Positions 58,596 through 64,000 of a stretch of DNA of 64,000 nt are shown here, in pieces. The position numbers and the translations under genes are program-made. A model generated the notes under the pieces. It was not told the origin of the DNA. It searched no databases and saw only the letters and a program-made list of their open reading frames with translations. How positions within the stretch are numbered: the first letter of the stretch is position 1; the number at the start of each line of letters is the position of its first letter. This stretch comes from a virus (taxonomy: Duplodnaviria; Caudoviricetes). The stretch is taken from the IMG/VR virus record IMGVR_UViG_3300032030_002018, one strand, 5' to 3'.

Positions 58596-59324
58596 TCACT
58601 CAGACAATAAATCATTCTTAAATAGATAATACTGTTTCTTGTATATCTTCATACTGTCACGTATCTCCTTTGCCGTCAATAATGTCCTCTCCTTTAAAAA
58701 CAACAATATCGAACTCTTATTGTATTTATTACTACCCATCTGAGTGAATATCTCATCCCAATTTGTAAGCAATTCTATTAACGCCTCCCCGACAATTACT
58801 TGATTATCAGTAAGTTTGTTTTTCTCTTTATCGTTTATTGTTTGTCTTATTCCTTCAACTGTCTTATTTATCAGTTCGGTTAGCATAGACTCACTGCTTT
58901 CTGAATCGTCGTATGAGAACTTTATATTGTCTGATAATCCTCCACTTGACTCATTATAAGCTTCGCTTCTGTTTCTATTCTTATTGAATTGGTTTATTTT
59001 GTATATAAGATAGTTTTTGCATACTGTTCCACAATACGAATAAGACTTATATCCCTTTGACGCGTCGAAGTGGTTTATCTTTGTCAATAAGAATGATATT
59101 GTATCATCAAATGTTTCCTTGAAATTTTCATCAGGTGGATAAAGTTTGTATCTATTAATGATTGATTCAACCATTTTTGAGAAAACAGGATGAAGTATTT
59201 CGTTATATATCTTGTTCTTCTCTTCTTCATCTGTTGAATTTATATAATCAACAACTGCCTGCTCCTCTCTTTCATAAAAATAACCCTTTCTTTTTGCACC
59301 AGGCTTTCTGCCTCTTTTAGCCAT
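58596..59324 (-). CDS. Putative late sigma factor (T4 gp55-like, region 2 only)
   Basis: YF..EEQAVVDY..KMVESII..DTISFLLTKINHFDASKGYKSYSYCGTVCKNYLI resembles sigma region 2; no recognisable region 4. Confidence 0.65.
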   Translation of the reverse strand: MAKRGRKPGAKRKGYFYEREEQAVVDYINSTDEEEKNKIYNEILHPVFSKMVESIINRYKLYPPDENFKETFDDTISFLLTKINHFDASKGYKSYSYCGTVCKNYLIYKINQFNKNRNRSEAYNESSGGLSDNIKFSYDDSESSESMLTELINKTVEGIRQTINDKEKNKLTDNQVIVGEALIELLTNWDEIFTQMGSNKYNKSSILLFLKERTLLTAKEIRDSMKIYKKQYYLFKNDLLSE

Positions 59325-59363
59325 TTTTAAAACTTATTGATTTTTAATATATTATGTTTTAAA

Positions 59364-59439
59364 AGGCTTCACTACGTTATTAAAACGTACTTTCCGAATA
59401 GGCAATTTTTTAATTAAAAAATCTTCACGTCGCCAACCT
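59364..59439 (-). ncRNA. Candidate structured cis-regulatory RNA in the late-sigma leader
   Basis: Nested stems closing a three-way junction (see findings). Confidence 0.35.
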
Positions 59440-59480
59440 AAAAAAACAGACCGACTACCTTATTTATTAAATAATCGGTC
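59440..59480 (-). terminator. Intrinsic terminator after glycosyltransferase operon
   Basis: GACCGATTA...TAGTCGGTC-TGTTTTTTT. Confidence 0.75.
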
Positions 59481-59516
59481 CATAATTTATGATAATTATT
59501 ATGACAACTACTGTTT

Positions 59517-60284
59517 TTATTCTTTATAAGGTTCAATGTCACGTTTCTTGAACATATATTCCTTCCTTGCGACATCAACCCAATATTTAGACTCTTTCTC
59601 ATCAACCGTCTTCTTATATTCCTCAATAAGAGAGTCTTCCCTTCCAAGATAATGTACATAACCAACCTTTGGAATGACAAACACCTTCTTTCCCTTATGT
59701 GTCATCCTCATAAGGAATTCATACCAGAATGTAAGTTTGATATTATCTTTCAGACCTCCTGTTGATTTCCAATCCTTGATATTGAAAACGCCACCAGTAA
59801 GATAGAAGTCAAAGAAATTAGTTAGACAGTCAAGGTCAATGTATCCTATCTCATTTGAGAAAGAACTTGCCCAAGGTGCTTCATTTCCAAACGATATGAA
59901 AGACTTGTTGTTGAAATCAACAATATCCTCAATAGGCAAGAAAACACTTACATCAGGCTTATATTGCAGATATTCATATACATTGCCGAACCATATCTTT
60001 GTGTATTCATCATCATATTCCAAAATGGAGAAATATTCTGTATCAACATTTTCAACAGCATTGTTTACAAGTGTTTGGAAATCAGATTTCTCATCTAATG
60101 ATATCACGTTAATTTCCCTTCCTTCGTATTTTGACGCGAATGATTTGATTTTATCCGCCAAATCTGTTGTGGTTGAGATATTGATTTTTATATCAACATC
60201 AACGGAAGCAATAGCCCTATCCAATAAAGCACTGACACCATCATCGAATTTATGTACTGGTATTATAACTGTTAATTCGCTCAT
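59517..60284 (-). CDS. Glycosyltransferase family 2 (GT-A)-like
   Basis: LTVIIPVH..LLDRAIASV..YFSILEYDD..GGL..YEFLMR. Confidence 0.8.
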   Translation of the reverse strand: MSELTVIIPVHKFDDGVSALLDRAIASVDVDIKINISTTTDLADKIKSFASKYEGREINVISLDEKSDFQTLVNNAVENVDTEYFSILEYDDEYTKIWFGNVYEYLQYKPDVSVFLPIEDIVDFNNKSFISFGNEAPWASSFSNEIGYIDLDCLTNFFDFYLTGGVFNIKDWKSTGGLKDNIKLTFWYEFLMRMTHKGKKVFVIPKVGYVHYLGREDSLIEEYKKTVDEKESKYWVDVARKEYMFKKRDIEPYKE

Positions 60285-60298
60285 TTATATCATATAAT

Positions 60299-61396
60299 TT
60301 AATCCTTCTTATCTTCAAAATTTTTAACCAATTCCTCCATTTCTTTCTTCCTGTCAGATATAACCTTATCAAGATAGTCAACAACAGCATTTTCTGTATC
60401 CTCTTTCTTATACATACTCATAACTTTCTTGTCTTCCTCTATAATCTCTACTGGTATGGTATCTGTTGTCCAAGACCTTACAACATTGGCTATAATCTTA
60501 TGCACACTGTGGAAATCATCAAACCATACACAGTTGTTCTTATATCTGTCCTGTTCATCCAACGCCCATTCAATCTTGTTGTCAGGCATCTTTGCGATAA
60601 CAATGCATCCGCTCTTCAAAGCCTCCAATGCGCTGTATCCAAAACTGGTTTCTTCATCAACCCATACTGTAATAGCAGCCTCACGCATCAATTCTGCGAA
60701 TTGTTTCTTTGGAAAACCTCTTAAATCCCTGAATGATACCCATTTAAACGACGGATATTTCCAATAGAACGGTTTCACAATCTTATTCACATCACTTTGG
60801 TCTCTTGCTACTATATTGACAATCATTTTCTTTGGCTCAGATGTCTTACCGAAATATTCCTTTATATATGGTGGTATTACTGTTGTTTTAACATATGGAT
60901 AGATGTCGTTAAGCACCTCACCATTAGCCTTTGTGTTTGTTATCGCTTCAAGAATACCGAAATCACCCCATTGTCCCGCGAATGGCATTTGCTCTACAAG
61001 GAAATCGTAGTTCTGGAAGATTCCAATCCTCTTGCAAGGCAATTTCTTTGTCTGATTCATAACATTCGCAAAAATCTCAGGTATGAATAGTATATCAGAA
61101 GGACCGATTTCAATGCTGTCATTGTTGATGTTGTGATGAGGAATATTGGCATATTCTTCGCCAAGCCATTCTCCTACACCTACAAAGTCATCATCCTTTG
61201 TTTCCTGATATAGCATAGATACATTGTACCCTTTGTCCTTGGCAATCAAGGCTATGTTGTATATATATTCCAAACTTCCGCTTGGAACGCCTTTGGTATC
61301 AAGAACAAAGAAGAAAACATTGTTCTTTTTGTCGTTAATTTTGGAAATTTCTTCCATTACCCTTTTCAAAGCCTTTTCTTTCTTACTGTCAGCCAT
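60299..61396 (-). CDS. GT-B (GT4-like) glycosyltransferase
   Basis: PSGSLEYIY..DILFIPE..ETSFGYSALEALKSGCIV. Confidence 0.75.
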   Translation of the reverse strand: MADSKKEKALKRVMEEISKINDKKNNVFFFVLDTKGVPSGSLEYIYNIALIAKDKGYNVSMLYQETKDDDFVGVGEWLGEEYANIPHHNINNDSIEIGPSDILFIPEIFANVMNQTKKLPCKRIGIFQNYDFLVEQMPFAGQWGDFGILEAITNTKANGEVLNDIYPYVKTTVIPPYIKEYFGKTSEPKKMIVNIVARDQSDVNKIVKPFYWKYPSFKWVSFRDLRGFPKKQFAELMREAAITVWVDEETSFGYSALEALKSGCIVIAKMPDNKIEWALDEQDRYKNNCVWFDDFHSVHKIIANVVRSWTTDTIPVEIIEEDKKVMSMYKKEDTENAVVDYLDKVISDRKKEMEELVKNFEDKKD

Positions 61397-61399
61397 TAA

Positions 61400-62008
61400 C
61401 TAATTCTTTTTAAAACTTAAAATTATCTTATTTAACATTTCCTTATCTGAAATGAAATCAGACAAACTATCATATGAACAATCAGACATAACATCCTTAT
61501 TCCACTTCCTGTTTATCTTTACCTTTGTTCCTACATTAATGTCAATATTCTCCAATATGTCGTTATTAGCGGTAACAACAACATCAAACTTACCATCAAG
61601 TTCTGATATGTCCTTTGGGAATATTATCTCCCTTACTCTTGTTCCCATTCTACTAAGGAAAAACAATGTTGATTGTATCGTCAACGCCTCCTCTTCCAAA
61701 GAGAACAGGACAACACGAATTTCATCATCCTCAATATTAGTAAGTTCATTGAGCCATCCATTGAACTCAACTTGCAAGTCCTTTGTCATTGTCTTTGCGC
61801 ATCCATAAATCTCATAAGGATAATCAATGTACAAAAATCCCTTTCTTTCCCTTATGCTGTCAAATTTCGCATAAGTTTCAAACACATCGTCATTATCGTC
61901 AATATTATCAGTATCATAATCATTGGCATAGTCACGACCATAATACTTGATAATCTGCTTGTTTATGTTCCTGAACACATTGTTCAATTCAATACCAATA
62001 GTTATCAT
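61400..62008 (-). CDS. HAD-fold 5'(3')-nucleotidase-like protein with degenerate motif I
   Basis: ITIGIELNNVFRN in place of IxIDxDxV; KINRKWN; likely start MITIGIE (track start 62041). Confidence 0.6.
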   Translation of the reverse strand: MITIGIELNNVFRNINKQIIKYYGRDYANDYDTDNIDDNDDVFETYAKFDSIRERKGFLYIDYPYEIYGCAKTMTKDLQVEFNGWLNELTNIEDDEIRVVLFSLEEEALTIQSTLFFLSRMGTRVREIIFPKDISELDGKFDVVVTANNDILENIDINVGTKVKINRKWNKDVMSDCSYDSLSDFISDKEMLNKIILSFKKN

Positions 62009-62010
62009 TT

Positions 62011-63030
62011 CTATTTCTCTCCAATTAATTTCATAAGACAATCAGGACAAATAGCACGTCCATAATCATACTTTGTTATATCTCCGTCATATACAGACAT
62101 TTCCTTACCACACTCTGAACACCTTATAACCCTTTTCATAGGTGTTGCGTCATTACTAACCTCTTTCGGTGCGTTATTCTCGTATTTCAAAGCCATATTA
62201 CTTGAAAAATACTTCTCCATAAGATTCTCATATTTCATCGCCTCCCACTTGAAAGACAATAATATATCCCCTTCTTCATTATATCTTACAGATACAAGTC
62301 TTGGCGATATGAATGTGAATGAAACCATATCAGGAAAATCATTAGACGCATTCATAGTCACAAAAGCCATAACAGACATCGAAGACGCAATCTCATTATG
62401 CTTTATAAACTCAGATTTGTTTTCAGAAGAACTGACACCGTGTTCAAGTTCCTTTAGCGCGTTTATGAATGGCATAGAATTCTCATCGTAAGGATTCGGC
62501 AAAGTGTCAAACCTGAATGTGGTTAAATAATATTCCTCATCAACATTTGCATCAACATCTATGTATTTTACATATTTTTCAAGTTTGAACCTTACAAATT
62601 CATTGATATACAATACATTAAGCGTATAATTTTCAGTACCGTAATCATTAACCCTATTCAATTCCTCCAATACACTTGCATATTGCATCTTGCACCTTTG
62701 TGTGAACTTGAATTTCTTGAAATCAAACTTATTCCTCTTCTTCTTGAAAGCAAATCCATTGCCAGCATAATCGTACCCCTTTGAAGCGTCTGCAACTGTA
62801 TAAGTCCTGTACCTTAAATCCTCAACTTCCTGTGTTACCTCACCGTTCATAAGGTCTTTTGACAGTCTTTTTTCCTCGACAGTCTCAACTACGCCTTCTC
62901 CTGTTTCACTGATATTTCCACTTCCAAGTATCTCTTTATCAGCACCTTTCAAGCCAAAAGGTATTGCATATAGAAATCTTTTTACAATGTTACTTATCTT
63001 CGATATAATCTTCATAAATCTTATTCTCAA
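62011..63030 (-). CDS. Hypothetical protein with C-terminal zinc ribbon
   Basis: 339 aa; CSECG..ICPDC. Confidence 0.75.
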   Translation of the reverse strand: MRIRFMKIISKISNIVKRFLYAIPFGLKGADKEILGSGNISETGEGVVETVEEKRLSKDLMNGEVTQEVEDLRYRTYTVADASKGYDYAGNGFAFKKKRNKFDFKKFKFTQRCKMQYASVLEELNRVNDYGTENYTLNVLYINEFVRFKLEKYVKYIDVDANVDEEYYLTTFRFDTLPNPYDENSMPFINALKELEHGVSSSENKSEFIKHNEIASSMSVMAFVTMNASNDFPDMVSFTFISPRLVSVRYNEEGDILLSFKWEAMKYENLMEKYFSSNMALKYENNAPKEVSNDATPMKRVIRCSECGKEMSVYDGDITKYDYGRAICPDCLMKLIGEK

Positions 63031-63250
63031 CTTTTCTGTTTAATATGATAAGTAATTTGGCGAAATCATTGCGTCTCTCATATGATTTAACCATATCCTT
63101 GTCCATATCGTTAAAATAAGGGTCGTTATGTGTAACAGCATATGTTGTCAATGTATTAGCGTAACCCTTGCAAATAATATCAACCTCATTCCTTAATAGA
63201 ATCAGTTCATCAAATGACAAACCATTTATTTTCTCAATATTTATCTTCAT
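62990..63250 (-). CDS. Hypothetical protein
   Basis: 86 aa, operon overlaps. Confidence 0.7.
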   Translation of the reverse strand: MKINIEKINGLSFDELILLRNEVDIICKGYANTLTTYAVTHNDPYFNDMDKDMVKSYERRNDFAKLLIILNRKVENKIYEDYIEDK

Positions 63251-63939
63251 TTTTTCACTTCGATTGGATAATATTCCTTATATTTTTCATTTATCAATTC
63301 CCTGTTTATATACCATCCCGGTTTTAATTCGCCAACAGACTTATGACACATTCTGATATTTGTTGTCACACCAATCTTTGTCTTGCCGTCAAGATAATTG
63401 TCAAGACAGAATGTGATGTCATAGAAATCAAATCCTTCTAAATCCGGATTAAAACCTTTTGTAATCCTGTCACGATGAACAGCCATAAAAACACCGTCAA
63501 TTACGCAAACCTCTTCAAGGTCTTTATTCAATAACGGGGAAAACGCTGTTAACCAACTCTTTCCGTTACTTCTGTGTAGAATCTGCCCGAATTTCTTGTC
63601 GTATCTCCACCAAGCGGCGTTCTCATCAAACTGAGCAGAACCTGCAACACCTATGATACCGTAATCCTTGTTATCGTTGAACAAACGTATGACTTCTTTT
63701 CCCCATCCGGGTTTAAGGAATTCAACATCATCGTGTATAAAAACAACAATTTTATCGTTAATTTTTCCTGGTTGCATAATGTCATCATATATCTTACTCA
63801 ATCCAACACCGTCTGGGTTTATAAGGTAGAAAAAATGACATTCACAACCGCAGGTTGTCTTAACGTGGTCTATGAAATCTTTGTTATCCTCACTGGTTAA
63901 ACGAGAACAAATAACAATAGCAATGCTTTTTTCTTTCAT
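63247..63939 (-). CDS. Glycosyltransferase-like family 2 (Glyco_tranf_2_5-type)
   Basis: IVICS..LSKIYD..VFIHDDV..GIIGVAG..VIDGVFMA..FDFYDITFC. Confidence 0.85.
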   Translation of the reverse strand: MKEKSIAIVICSRLTSEDNKDFIDHVKTTCGCECHFFYLINPDGVGLSKIYDDIMQPGKINDKIVVFIHDDVEFLKPGWGKEVIRLFNDNKDYGIIGVAGSAQFDENAAWWRYDKKFGQILHRSNGKSWLTAFSPLLNKDLEEVCVIDGVFMAVHRDRITKGFNPDLEGFDFYDITFCLDNYLDGKTKIGVTTNIRMCHKSVGELKPGWYINRELINEKYKEYYPIEVKK

Positions 63940-64000
63940 TTTTATTAAAAAATATCAAAAAAAAATAGTAAATAAATAGTTTATTTTAACAAAAAGACAT

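Noticed and set aside
709-63356. Numerous short antisense or nested ORFs in the track (e.g. 709-906, 13391-14833, 47680-50673, 59839-62491)
   Set aside because: Shadow frames of longer, motif-bearing genes on the opposite strand.
1-64000. Stop-codon reassignment (TAG=Gln as in Lak or some crAss-like phages)
   Set aside because: Code-11 ORFs tile the window, up to 2235 aa unbroken, and TAG ends genes at sensible places (6148, 19826 before a terminator, 23043, 62011).
1-64000. CRISPR array, tRNA or rRNA genes, integrase/transposase
   Set aside because: No spaced direct repeats, cloverleaf with T-loop signature or recombinase motifs seen; intergenic gaps are short and mostly explained by promoters and terminators.

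Overview
A 64-kb, AT-rich, gene-dense segment of a large (jumbo-type) contractile-tailed phage genome. It reads in the standard genetic code, with intact ORFs up to 2235 aa. The host is probably in Bacteroidota: there are repeated TTTG-N19/20-TAnnTTTG promoters, BACON domains, a BspA-type LRR protein and a Bacteroidota-style lipoprotein. Left part (1-21 kb): a phage-borne dnaK, HAD and tyrosine-phosphatase enzymes, a PD-(D/E)XK nuclease, three DNA methyltransferases, SbcD/SbcC, primase, a RuvC-like resolvase and a sigma70. Middle (21-47 kb): small head-type proteins and a large baseplate/tail operon (gp25-like, gp6-like, five very large structural proteins, one with BACON domains and a C-type-lectin-like tip). 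An accessory island (LRR protein, secreted protein, DUF932, lipoprotein) sits between gp25 and the gp5-like spike. Right end: a gp55-like late sigma and three glycosyltransferases. Best candidate for an undescribed system: a family of late-promoter genes sharing an L/I-x-E-rich helical leader (probable capsid-targeting/prohead-protease signal). One member carries a T3-SAMase-like SAM-lyase domain, which may be a virion-packaged, injected anti-restriction enzyme. The genome also appears to avoid GATC. Other candidates are a structured RNA in front of the late sigma gene and a tiny lipoprotein made almost entirely of host O-glycosylation sequons. All family calls come from motif recognition by eye, not from database searches.
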